A DNA stretch of 64,000 nt, taken from contig JAPEUD010000011.1 of assembly GCA_026026165.1 (NCBI GenBank), forward strand, positions 310,001 through 374,000, written 5' to 3'. The notes beneath the pieces are model-generated. The model had not been told where the DNA came from. It ran no database searches and was given only the letters and a program-made list of their open reading frames with translations. Source of the stretch: Sarea resinae (lineage: Eukaryota). Shown here in pieces: positions 22,614 through 35,520 of this stretch. Within the stretch, counting starts at the first letter, position 1. The number at the start of each line of letters is the position of its first letter. Position numbers and translations under genes: made by a program.

Positions 22614-23649
22614 TTTGAATGGGGTGGTTTCGCGAACTATGGTCGGCGCATCCAATTGTTGTTGTCGTTGATGCTGAGCTTGGCTCGCTTTCGTAGACGT
22701 CACATATCGCAGCGACCTAGGTAGGTTAGTAGTTGTCTAAGATAATCGGGCCCCTGCACATCACGCCTTATCACCTCTCCTTATCGTGATATAAACGTAT
22801 CAAATTTCTCGAGACCAAGGTTCATGAATATCTACTGCTTCACTAATGCCACATCGCACTGCTCCATCTAGAGGCTGACAGCTTACGACTATCCGTATTC
22901 AACCAAAAAAGTGGGATAGAGTAGCACTCACGGACTAGGTAGTCAAGATGGAATGAATGATTGGAACTGTTGCTCCACGACCCCGCCCCTTCACCTGCCC
23001 TAGACGTCGCACAAAATCTATAGTATTAACCATCATAGTAGATGAATCATTTTATTGGTCGGTCACCATCCCAGGAGAACGAGGGAGAGAGATGAAAAGC
23101 TCTGTAGCATCACGGACTGCATCAGAGCACAAGCGCGGTAGTCATGTCATCAACCTACTAGGAAAAATAATAGATTGGAAAAATCGAACGAAAACTTCTA
23201 AAACGACCGTTGGTATCCCCTGACCATCTAGTACTAATCTAGAGAGGATCTGAAAAGCAAAACCCCGTCTTCCCGACAAGTTAAACACTTTTTTTGACCC
23301 CAGAAAGCAAACGAGAAAGGGGAATCATTTCAAGAAAGCAACAGACAGTAACCCGACTGAAAGGGAATGGACGGCAATAGCAGTCGTTATCAAAAGCCAG
23401 ATTAAAGCTCTCTACCCGATCGCCAGATTAGAAACAAATTCCCTGTCCCAGCAACACCAGCAATGCAAAGATGACGAAGAAAATATATTGCCACGAGGAC
23501 GCCAGTCAGCCAGTTGCCGATAAACCTAGCAGATAGCAGTCCCTATTTTGTAAGAGAATCCCAACACACAAAATCGGAGACGAAAGCAAAGGGTGCCATA
23601 ATCCGGAGAAAAAGGAAATGCAGTGAAGAACAGCAAACATTTCATGTCC

Positions 23650-25671
23650 TCATTGCACCATTCCTTCCTCTCCAATACCTGTCAGGCCTATGCCCGCAAC
23701 ATTGACATTCATGCCCTGCATGCCTATTGGTGCGCTTGGTGAACTGACTGGTGCGCCAACTTTGAGATCTGGAATGCACATTGGTGAGTGGGCCTTGTGA
23801 TACTTCAGCCCATTCAGATTTTTGTAACGTTTGCCGCAAATCTCGCAGCGATATGGCTTTTCTTTCTCCATGCCCAGCGTGCCTGGGTACGGGACTGAGG
23901 TTTCGGGGTTGACTATTGAGAAAGTGCCGTCGGGGTTCTCATGGAGTTGTTGATTGGTATGTCCATGCTTGAGAGGAAATCAGTCAGCGGACAAATGTAT
24001 TTCAAGGGAATTAGGAGAGACTGACTGTTTTATGATATTTCAAACCGTTTTGGTTCTTGTATGCCTTTTCACATCCAACGACTGGACATCTAAATGGCTT
24101 GGCTTCATCTCCCGCCATGATTCCACCTCCAACCGTCCCAGCCATTATCTGCTGCTCTCGTATTCGGCGAGCTAATTCACTGCTGTTTCCAAATTGATTG
24201 CCCATCCGTGCATGTGCAAAGTGCCCATTGTTGAAGCCCCCATTGGGGCTGAAGAGTCTCTTAGCTGGTTCGTCAATACACAGGTCCAGCATATCGTTTC
24301 TGGTGCCAAGGTCGTATCCGAAGCCCCCGTTATTACCCATTAATTGTTGGTTTGCGGGCAAGTTCATATCGCCGAGGCCCATAAAGTCCACGTCTAGCTC
24401 TCCCGGCGTTCCCGGAACCGAAGAGTCCGGCGAGTTGAATTTATTCTGCTGTTGCAGCCCCTGGCCGCCAAAAGTTGGGGTATTCACAGACGACACGGTC
24501 GGATTGTTTTGGAATGGTAGAGTGTGGTGATTCGTCGCCGCAGGGGTGCTCGGCTGTGACGTTCGAAGCCCTTGGTGATTTTGCATCGCTCCAAGATTCA
24601 AATTTAGTGATGGCACTCGGGGCTGGTTGGCCCGGTTGAGTTGGGATGGCATCTGCTGTTGTATTTGTGCCTGCTGGTGAGCGGATGGCGGAGGCGTTGC
24701 ACTGTTGTCATTCACATCGTCCATCTCCATATCCTCCACGGCATCCATGTCATGTCCGCTCTGCATTGAAGGCTGATCTTGCTGCTGTCGCATCGACGAG
24801 ATACCACTCACGCCACTAGGTGTGCCAGACAGAGTGGGATTTTGGTTGGGCTGAAACCCATTGTTCTGATTGCTAGACTGCTGCTGTTGCTGTTGCTGCT
24901 GCTGTTGGTGGGTGTGCTGCTGCATGCCTGTAGCCGTTTTGCTGTTGGGTGGGGCATTTCCCTGGCCACCCTGACCTGCCTGTGATGCCCTCTGTAATGA
25001 TTGCGGTACTTGCTGCGCGTGGGATTCTTCGTAATGCTGCAAGAGGTCATGCAGGGACGGAAGGGTAATTCCACAGCATGAGAAATCGCGCATAAAGTTG
25101 GCCTCTAGTTTCGGCAGATAAGACGAGGAATGATATGACGGCGATTGGTATGCAAAAGGTGACGTTCCCGCCATGATGATACTGCATTAGGCGTCAGCTC
25201 AATCATTTTTTGGCATGACGTGCGATGCGCTCGCGAGCCGCCACTCATAATTTTCCACCTGCGAAACGTTGGATTTTTGGGACGTGTTGAGGCCACTTAC
25301 TCATCGCGAATCCAGCTTCCGACCGATACTCCTCCCCAGCTCATGCCGCCTACTAGGCTGCCAGCAAGACTTTCACGGCGTGGGTTTTCTCTATTTGGAT
25401 TGTTCACAGATATGGGCTTTGCGCCACTGCCCCAGTGAGAGCCCATCCCGGACAGCCCTCCACTGACGGAATCCTGCGGTCGGCCGGAAGAATTATAGAC
25501 ACCACCATTCGCCTCCCCAATATTGATCGCAGAATCAGGGCGCTGAAGGCCTGCATCGGAACCCTGGAGGGCCGAGGTGAGATTCGAGGCCTGCCGATTC
25601 CTTCCCGACGGCGATGCGGACCCGCGGCCGGTCGGCGTGGCAATATCTATCGGCGAAGCATGGGTGGCCAT
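23650..25671 (-). CDS. SFP1: split C2H2 zinc-finger transcription factor Sfp1, 3 exons (the start may lie further upstream)
   Basis: Introns 25182-25300 and 23968-24025. Motifs [84 protein letters not shown]. Confidence 0.93.
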
Positions 25672-28600
25672 CTTGGACGAAATATCCTCGGGTGGCGACT
25701 GAGGGAACAAGGGAAACGAATCGTCGTCGAAATCTGGCTCGAAGAGGGTCGTGTCGGCGTAAAGACTGGGGTGGCCAAAGAATCCGTCGGCGGATTTGCG
25801 ATGCCTCGAGTGCAGAAGATCTCTCTCTCTGTCTACTCTCCGTGGATTGGGCACGGCCAAGCCAACAGGTGTCCCCACGGGCGTGCTGTCCGCTGTAGGA
25901 CTCCGCCTAAATTCACTTGTCGTGGGGGAGTAGTAGAGAGGCGGGGGCGTCTCGGATGAATCCAGCTTCTCGGTAGGTTGGGTAGTTTCTGATTGTTTGG
26001 AGGGGGCAGGCGAGGACAGCGATACGGGATGTCGCGATAAAGGAATGGTCCAGGCTGTCCGGATTGTTTGGTCTTCGACCGTCGCCGGTTCAGAGGATGA
26101 TGATTCTGGGGTGCATGTAATGATGTCTGAGGAGGTTGCGACGGTGGACAAGAATGGGCCGGCGGTCTGGGTAAGGTATGATGGTGGTAATGGGAATAAT
26201 CGATGACAATACAAGCGTAAAGCGCGGCTCGACCAGGCCGTCCTCGGTGACGGCAGCGCCAGCGTATATAACCCAAATCCCCAATACGACCAGGCGAGGG
26301 TCAGTGACTGGGTACCTTCCGTGTCTCCTCTGCACGGCGACGGATGGCCCATGTACTCTGGAGGACGATGTACTCCGATGTACTCACTCCGACTCCGTAC
26401 GCTACCCTACGCATCCAGGACGGGTCGAGTACCCTAATGGCGATCTCCAGCTCCAGCGGTGCGATGATTTCGTACAGGTCGACTGCGGACGGCTACGTAT
26501 GGCACTAATCGTAATGGAGCAAAAGAGTGTGGGTGACGGGGACGGAGAGCTGGCGGAGGAGTCCCCGGGTGTGTGTCTGTGGGCAGTCTGTACTTCAGTA
26601 CCAAGTACTCTGGTTGCTGGTGCCCGCGCCCAAGACGCTCGGCGCAGGGCATGATTCCATGAATGCCAGTCTGCCGGGGGGGCGAGGGGGAGGGCGAACC
26701 CCGAGTCGAGTCATTTCAGTCGAGTGCCCATTATTGGCATGGGCGATGGGATTACTCGAGGTCCAGCAAGGTACCCGATACCAGCGTGTCGGACGGCAAA
26801 GGTACCTGGCCGAGATGGTACCTGCCGTCTACCTGCCTTGCCTCCAGCTGCCTACCCACTGCCTCCCCTCTCCTGCGCAGTACTTGACCTCCCGCAATCT
26901 GAGGGCGGAATGATGGAGAGAGAATCATGGAACGATTATGATCGCCATCTCAACACCACGACTCTGCTAAGCCCAGTAGAAGCAAACCTAAACGGGGAGC
27001 CGGTATCAGATTGCTGATTCGAGTCTACTCCGGAGTACGTCGATGGAGGCCTACCTCCCTCACTGAGCTAGGTACGGATGATCCTGTACTGCGCAGCAGC
27101 TAAGGTCGTTGATTTACGGCGTACGTACCTGGAGATTTAAAGTATTCGGGGTACAGTAGTGGTATCATCTGCTCCCGGCCTGGTAGACGGAGAAGCAACC
27201 TGATGTACTGCTTGTACGCAGTACTTGACATGACTGCGGCAAGCTGCATTGTATCCCGCAGTATCCCGCAGTATCCCGCAGTGCAGCCTGCCATGTGCAG
27301 ACTAAGGCAGGCAGGCAGGCAGACAGACAGCCAGCCAGATTTGATGAAAGATGGATGACAGATGAGATCTGTCCCATTTGGACTTTCTTGTTGCCTCTCG
27401 CGCCATCAGTCATTGGACACGAAGCAATTCCATCTTCCTCGACGACGGATAGGTCAATAATACCCAAGAGATCACTATTGATACTCCAGAAGCTCGCGGG
27501 GATACCTTGCCACTGTTCGACGCCTCCAATTTGGCTTCCCTAGGCGGTCAAGCGCCAAATCGACGCCAAATCCCAGGCCGGACCGGGTACCATCCTGGAC
27601 AAACTTCGCCCTTTTTCGCCTCGGTCAACCCGGCCGACGGGATGTGCTCTCAGGGCTTGAGAGCTTGTCGGGTATCAGCTCCCCCCAGTCGCTAGTCTGC
27701 GGCCGAATGACGGATCGTAGAGTAATGCATGCTTGATAATTGTTCCACGATGAAAAGGTGCCTTGTCCGATCTCAAAAGGAGGAGCTCGACTTCTTCAGA
27801 GTACTTGCTCCTCTTGTCTCCTGGATAAAATGCGGATCCCATTCGTAATAATAGGTGGCGACCGATCAGAGCAGCAGCACTAGCCATTGGAGATCTCAAT
27901 ATGCTGTCAACGAGAGGTCAAGGGTGGAGTGTCAACAGTGGAGTTGGGACGCTTCGTCCGTGGCTAAGGAGGAAGCTAAGAACATTCGAGCGAGTGACGT
28001 TCATCGTTCACCTCGAGGCTCTTGACGGCCCCGGGGGGTATCCAGGATGGCAGGCTACTCATAGTACAGCTGGTACCTGCCACCATCCATGGCTCTGTCG
28101 TCGAGGAGGAGGTATCAAGATGTTTTGGTACCTGCCGTGCTTTCGAGTCTTTTCTGCTCGACCAGACGAACACATGGAGGGTACTGAGCACGGTACCAGC
28201 GGCCTCACCGACACAGCTAGAGCACGTCGTCTGTGCACCCTTTCGAGACAACCCCGTCCGTCTCCAATGCGTCTCGTTCCCCATACCTGTCGGTTTCATA
28301 ACTTGCAATCAACCTCATCCATCAATCCGCGATCGAAGGAGAACAGGGATGTCTTCTCATCCGAGACACACAATGCTGCTCTTCAGAGAACCTTCTTGAG
28401 TAAAGACTTCCACGACCACGCCATAGGTCTTGACCTCTGCCTACCTAGTACCCTCACGACGCTTGTCTGTCCTGTTCGAAATGGCCAGTCATCGAATTGC
28501 TTGATGCAGCTTGGCTCTCTTGACAAGCGCGTTACTCGCGGGAGATTAGTGTGAGGTCTTCTCCCTCAGCCGTGGAGACGGTGGCTTCGCGTAAACGAGG

Positions 28601-31600
28601 CCAGGGCAGGGCATACAGTAGCTCCATCGCGCGGTAGCTTTTTCCAGAACATCGGCCTTCCGTAGTTTGCTTCTCATTAGCGAGCGTAGTTCAACGGGGC
28701 TCCACTTGATGCATCCGTCGAAAAGCCAGTCGTTTCGGGTATCGAATATTGTTGCTTACTACAACTGCTACTTGCGAACCGGGGCGTTACATGGTGTGTA
28801 TTCAGACCGGCGACGCGATTCAGGGCGCTTACGGTGTGGTAGTCAGGACCCGAGAGGCGATTGGCGGATAGGCTCTGAGGTGAGATGATGGTGATGGTGA
28901 TGATGATGATGCTTCACTGGGGATGGAGCGGCTACCCAAGCACTTGGGATGATCGCTGGCCCCCCTCGCCCCGAATCAAGTCCAGACCTCAACAGCTTGC
29001 TAAGATGTGCCTACTACGTACCTCTTATGAGGGCGATGATCATTCTTACCACTAACCATATCCGGCATGATGAATCACAATGGAATGTGTCACTGGAAAG
29101 TGATGTTTTCACTCAATTCATGGATTGACGCCCCTCGCAGGACTCGTGCCTACTGAAGAGGCAGCCACAGCTGAGCTTTTGGCTTCGACATCACATCAGA
29201 GTGTGAAGCTGAAGGTGACCACACCAACAACAACAAAATATTAATTGGCATCAAGAACGATGCTGATCTAGAGGGTTTCTCGCTCGACGGGCCTCTACTT
29301 GACTAGGTTCGAAAACACGTGGTGGCGCTTATAACGTTGAGCTCGGACCAAGATTCCAGTCAGCCTAAATGTCGGCCGGCTCTCCGTTAGGGCATCGACT
29401 TACTCGTTCTACCAATTCAATCAACCGCAGCCGTTCGGATCGAGTCCGTGTTCGCCAAATGAACCGTCCGTCTTGGAGTCATGGAGCGGAACGGGGACTC
29501 GGCGCTGTGGCCAGGCATGACTCGTCCTATCGATATACAGCAGGTATGTTGTGGTATTATGATTAAGCAGCCATTAGAGACGATGCTATTGTTGTTGCAA
29601 CTCTAGTTCCAAAGACCAACCTGTCAAAACAAGGCCACTCTAACTTTCACCCGTAAGCCCTCGGAAACTGACTTGGACACCGATAAACACTTCGGCTCCG
29701 AAGGATTCGGGCACTCTACGGAGTACACGGTATTGTTCCGAGAGCAGCATTCATCAGGAAATGACATTGGGAATATCTACGGAGTATCCACCATATGGAT
29801 CGAGATTGAAATTGAGATTGAGATCATGGCGAACGTCATTTGCTGGCGAGGCGGAGGATACCTGGAGATGAGGTCGATCGTCTTGGCTAAATGATCAAAT
29901 TTCGCCTGCAGCGACAAATATGCAACCCTACAGGATGAAGTACCTGTACTTCCAGTCTTCGCGATCATGGTTGCGAGATCCGTCTGCACAGAACGGATGT
30001 GAGTTCAGGTACCTACACGCATGTCGAGGCATGTCCTCCTACTGCATCCGACCATCTGCCAAGGGCGAGAAATTTCCGGTAGCATCGGCTCCGTGGCCTT
30101 CTTGAGCCACCTCCGAAGAAGCCGACATGGACCCGTATGGATGTGGTGGCCTCGTCGACCGTAGCTATGGAGGCTGTCAACCGTACAGCCTTCTTTCCTC
30201 TGATCCATGGATCTCATCGCTGTATGGACGCTGGGGCCCTGGCGGCTTCAGCTCGTCTCTCTACAGATATCTGCTGCAGGCGCCAAGAGTATTTGATGAC
30301 TTGGGCCCCCAGTCGTCGAAGATTCCACTGGACAATCATCTGAAGATTCGGGCCGACATCGTCAAGTTCACATGCACGAGTGCATATGTATCACAGATCC
30401 TTCCATGCTCGGCAGTGCCGCGGCAAATGGATGTTTGGTCCTCGAGTTGTGATCGCAATAATGCATTGGCCATGCCAAGAGACTTCCATCCTTGGCCACT
30501 ACAGCGTTACCCGGTGTCCAGTCAGATTCCTATGCAGTACACTGGAGCAAAGAGAAAGCAAAAAATGAACGGTACTCTCACTAGCGTGGAGGCAATACGA
30601 CCCCAAACTTCTATTTGTGTCTCGTTGGGGACGGTCCGTTTGGGTGTTCACCTTATTCAACCAGTTGCTGTGCTGAGATGGTCAAGCAAGTCTTGAGATC
30701 GCAGATGATACGCGCGGCATTGCATAAGCAAGACGCGCTACGCTTTCGCCTCTGACAGGCCTGCGTCTAGAGTGAATGGATGGCAGGCGAGCAGCTACCG
30801 TTTCCATTACCATTACCATTACCACGGTATTGCCATTACTTCATAGTAATCCCACACGACCCAGCGCCAATGTGTCAAGCCTTTCCAACTGAACCATCGG
30901 CAGTTGAATGGTTGGTCCAGCTCGAGTGTTGTACCTAGGTAAACAATCATTGCCGAACGAAAACAAAATAGAACGACGTTCATAATCAACAACCCTTCGT
31001 CATCGCGCCTCGGTATGTCCGAAGCCAAGGCTGTAGCGGTCTATCGATCGGAGACCTTGCTCTGAGAAAACGGAAACAGCGCCGTCTGTTCAACTATTGG
31101 ATCAGACCCTTTGTCAATCGAACCAAGGATCTCCATCCTTGATATTAACCACAGCAAGCCAGCCAGCCAGCGAGCGAGCGAGCGAGCGAGCGAACGAACG
31201 GACGAGCAATCAGAACGCTAGACCGGCAGTGATCGACAAGAGGATCACGACCATCTCTGGCGGAGTCGTAGTGCAACTTTACCAAGGGAGTTTCGCCTCA
31301 AATGCTCATCGTTTCAGGGCCGCCATCCCGCGAATAGCATCAAGTCCGTAGCGCAGCGCCTTGACGTCTGTGAGTTCCGTCCGTACCGCCTCGAAGTGTG
31401 TGCGTCGTCTCGTCTCTCTGTCAGATGATATGCTCTATTCTACTCTTTTTGATCTACCTACTCTAGATTACTGCACATCTCCCGCACACCTTCCCCTTAT
31501 CCCCCCTACTTACCCCAGCGTCCGAAAGCCTCAGATCCACTTTGACTTGCCAGGGCAATAATGAGGCTCTAGAGGACTCTGAGAGCCGTGTTGTCTGTCA

Positions 31601-31614
31601 GATTACGATGCAGC

Positions 31615-32010
31615 ATCCAGCCTGTGCCTCATTGTTCAAAGGTCTCTCAGATGTTCTGGGCATGCCTCAGCTGGGAGTGGCGCAGTGACCTTGTGGTTAT
31701 GGAAGGAGATCCTGCAGCACCTCATGGTGGTGTTACTGGACGCGTTTATAGGAGGGTTTTAGCAGAACACCTGCCTACTGTGCTTGAAGATAACAGCATT
31801 TCCACGAACGCATGATAATGCTCTTATTCACAGATCTGTGGTGGCTTGCGCCTGGTTGCAAGAACAAGGCATAGATCTTGACCATATTGAGATGCTCTAG
31901 TTCACGCTCAAGGAGACTATCTACAGAATGCACCCTGAGCTTCTTACCCTTCGTGGTGCAGGATCCATCAGGGCTTTGATAAATGCAGCAATTGAAGCAT
32001 GGGAGAATAC
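31615..32010 (+). mobile_element. Tc1/mariner (DDE_3-type) transposase relic
   Basis: Fragments MFWACLS..DLVVMEGDP..GGVTGRVY..VLAEHLP, then (frameshift) HDNALIH..AWLQEQG, LDHIEML*FTLK..HPEL and ALINAAIEAWE follow the order of the Tc1 catalytic domain, broken by frameshifts and a stop. Confidence 0.8.
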
Positions 32011-33069
32011 CATGACATACCGGTTTCAGGTAGTTTTCAGGGCTCAAGGTTGATACACTAACTATTAGAAGTGTATCCAACAAATTCTTTACCATCTCAA
32101 GACCTTTCCTATTGATTCTAGGCACTGTAGAAGCCATGGCTGTGGCATACGACTATTTTGAACCTCTCGATGGGGGGGTGGTGCTCCGATCGATGGGTTC
32201 GCCAAAACTCGACCGTACGCAGACTTATGACCACCCACGGTAGGTGGTAGCATTTACAATGGCTGGCGAGCGTGGCACTTGTATAAAGATCAGCGATCTG
32301 ATCCGTCGACTCCAGAATCGGCCAGCCTGTCCGTTTTAACTTCTTGTCGTCCAGACAGACGTTCATCCGCGTGGCGTCGCAGCGGCTTTGCAGCAACCGT
32401 TACGCCTGTGCTTAGTATCTGGCGTGCGCCTGGTTAACCGTGAACGGCTTCACTACCTCTATGGCGCGCATATGCTCGCTGCGCGTCTGTAGGTCACTCG
32501 ACATCTGGGTCAGGAAGTCGTCAATGATCGCGGCAGCGTTCTAGTAGAGATCAGTCTGGTTCTATGGCCCGAACGCCTCTTCCAGGATCTCCAAGACTCG
32601 ATCCCTCAACATACAGTGGGTTCTTGTCAGGAACTCCACTATGGGCGTGCTCTAGTGCTCTATGCTCTTCTAGATCAACTGCTTGATAGCCATAGGGCTG
32701 GGCTGTTTTGTTATGCCTGGTATCTGTGCGTTGGCTTTGACTGCCCTCAACTCCGCTATGGTGAATCGCTGTCGCCAACGCGAAACCTCAAGTTAGCATC
32801 AACGTTACCTTTGGTGATAAGATTGAAATAGGACGTTAATCGTCACATGAATCGAGCATTGTACTTCATATAAATTCCCCTGGCGCGACTGATCAGGTAT
32901 AAAGTTGGCCTCGTTTCCTGTACCCAAAACGAAAGGGCTTGGATTCTGTTCTGTTCCGATCAACGATGATATTGACCGTATCCTGAGGCATCATTTCTCC
33001 TTGCGAATCGAGCGCAGACGTTGGCGACCCTATTCGACTCATTCAAGCGTCCGCCTTTCCTTGCTCATC

Positions 33070-34027
33070 ATGTCTTCTCTAGATCTCAAACTGGAGGACC
33101 CCCCAGGCCATGCCCTCACCGACAAAACCTTTCGCCTCCTCCGCGACTTTCTCCAGCCTGACACGGTCTTGACGATGGAATCTACTGCCGAATCGATTCT
33201 GGAGCTCTTACCGGAGAACGCTCCTCTGTCAACCGATATCTGGTCCTTTGGCGAAACTTGCATTGAACTTGCCGAACAGATCCCCTACTATCATCCCTCT
33301 CAGCTTAAGCTTGCTGCGCTGTTTGAGCATCTTGGCCAGTCGGCAAAGCTCGGTCAGACATGCAAGTTTAAGGCAAGTGGCGAGGCACTGAGTACTATCG
33401 ATTACTGTTGTTGACGGTTTCAAGGAAATGAGCTCGGGCCAATACGTTCGGTACCAACGCCTGGGCGAGTCCCTCAAGGAGTCCTTCTCCGGTATGTCCT
33501 ATAACTACTCCTCCCATCACTTCCAGCGACTGCAAATTTTGTACAGGTGGCTAATCTTTATTCTTAATACAGGCCCGGATCCCGAGAACCCAAGCGCATA
33601 TATCAACTTTCATGCCTTTGTGGCCAACCTCCATGAGCGTCGCATTTTCCGTACGGATCATACGTGGGCTATCTGGGCACAGCGCGATGCTCTCGAAAAC
33701 CCCCAGGAAGATCAAGGCGTCATCCGTGACGCTTACGTGTTGGCGGCAGCGCAATGGATTCTATGGTACGGGCAGAGCCTGTTCAAGCAGGTCCTCTCCC
33801 ACGGAGAGGTCTCCCCCAAAGACCTACAGTATTGGAAGCCAGGTCCACTTTACAACGGCAAGGCAGACCTTTCTCTCCATAGATGGCATTTCTGGAGGGA
33901 CGCGTTTGCGGCTGTCGCCTCTTCGGAAACTATAGAGGAGAAGGGAGGGTACGGTCAAGAGTGTAAGAACGTGTCCGCGAAGGTGGCGGCGATGATGGAT
34001 TCGCTTGAACAGAATATGACCTTTTGA
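33070..34027 (+). CDS. DUF3632-like fungal protein, 3 exons
   Basis: GC-AG intron 33373-33424 and GT-AG intron 33492-33572 keep frame. Motifs ELAEQIPYYHPSQLKL, YINFHAFVANL, WAIWAQRDALE, AAAQWI, GPLY, RWHFW. Confidence 0.8.
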
Positions 34028-34147
34028 ACAGGTGACTGGCTCACAATTTTATGATATACCATTTATATGCAGTCTAGTGCGATGTTTTTTTGGCAGTGCT
34101 TCTGTACTATCCTCTCTGCTATCCTCTTTATTTTCTTCTGCCCTCAT

Positions 34148-34251
34148 CTCTGCTTTTACCTCTGCTTTTATCTCTGCTTTTGTCTCTGCTTTTATCTCTG
34201 CTCGCCCATTCTTTCCAGTACCGCTTCCCCCCCCCCCCCCCCCCCCCCCCC
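34148..34251 (+). repeat. 12-bp tandem repeat (CTCTGCTTTTRY, about 4.5 copies) followed by poly-C (C25, 34227-34251)
   Basis: Read directly. Confidence 0.9.
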
Positions 34252-34619
34252 TCTTTGTCAATTAGTCTTCGTCCAAACAGCACAGCAAATGAATCACGAC
34301 CCACATACAATCATCATTGACCGAGATGTCTACGCTGTTGAGACCAAATCCGACGAGAAACTCCCAATTCAACTGATGAGGCCCCAACGATGATCACCGA
34401 GGCTCAGAAGAATGACCAGACTGGACTTGTGACCACCCCTTGTTTGATATGGATTTCTCGTCGGTCGTCCTCCATCCCCATTTGCTTAGCTGAAATAGAC
34501 AATCTGAAACAAAAGGGAAATTCGTCAACGATATATACATACCTACCGCATTTCTCTCCCGCATCAAATGTATATCTCGAGCACAGAGAGGCAAAGACGC
34601 AGAAAGGAAAGGGAGACTG

Positions 34620-35520
34620 AGGGAAAGGGGGCGATTAGCGGAACTGAATTATAAGAGGTTAGGGGATACTATACTATATACACTATATTGATATCAGTAA
34701 CAGAGTAATATAGTAATGTAATAACACTGTAATACACTATATCCAATAATCAAACAATAGACTAGATACTAGATATAAGATATAAGATACTATTAAACTA
34801 CTATAATAAAGCTCTACTTACTACCTTATATACTCTATACTCTTACACTCTATATCCTACATCCTATACTCTATACCTCTACACTCTTTACTCTATACCT
34901 CTATAGAAAGTTAGTAAAAAGACAGGGAGGCCTTGAATATAAGGACTAGTAAATAGGCAAAACTGTTCCTACATGCGCTAAAAAGACTACTATAACCTAG
35001 CTTATCTAGGCTATACTAGGTATTTGCTTGCTATTTAGTGTAGCGCACCTTATATTAAAATAGCTTTAGTATATTAGAGTAAATAGCCTAGACAAATAAA
35101 TAAATAAAGAAAGAGAATAAATAAAGAAAAACAAGTGATACTATAGTATTCTAGTGTTAAGTGTATATATATATGTATATATATATATATGTGTATATAT
35201 ATATATATGTGTATACTTTAGAGTACTACTATTATACTACTTGTAGTCTTCTTTAAAATTAGGATAGGCTTAGGTAGGTAGGTAGGTAGGTAGGTAGGTA
35301 AGAAGGAAACAAATAGAGTTTAGCCTCTCTTTTTAAGGGTAGGAGAAGAAGAGTAGAGAGGGGAATAGGGCAGGGACTGGGATCTTATAGATATCTTATA
35401 AGGAGTAATACACTATATAGTAGGCACGTAGGCATAGCCTAGACAAGCTAGGTTCTAGTAGTCTTTTAGGCGCACGTAGGAACAGGTTTGCCTATTTTAC
35501 TAGACCTTACAGATAGTTCT
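34620..35520. repeat. AT-rich, TpA-rich (RIP-like) island including (TA)n and (TAGG)7 runs
   Basis: Strong TpA excess; (TA)n at ~35165-35213 and TAGG x7 at 35271-35298. Confidence 0.75.
34940..35509. mobile_element. MITE-like non-autonomous element with ~75-bp terminal inverted repeats
   Basis: 34940-35014 aligns to the reverse complement of 35434-35509 with about 8 differences in 76 positions (manual alignment). Interior is non-coding and AT-rich. Confidence 0.75.

Noticed and set aside
25182..25300. Internal CAG|GT in SFP1 intron 1 suggesting recursive splicing
   Set aside because: No convincing branch point before the internal AG, and the following donor (GTGGAA) is poor.
27901..30696. 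ORFs of 217 aa (27901-28554) and 189 aa (30127-30696) upstream of SFP1
   Set aside because: No recognisable motifs, codon bias or splice structure; treated as chance ORFs.
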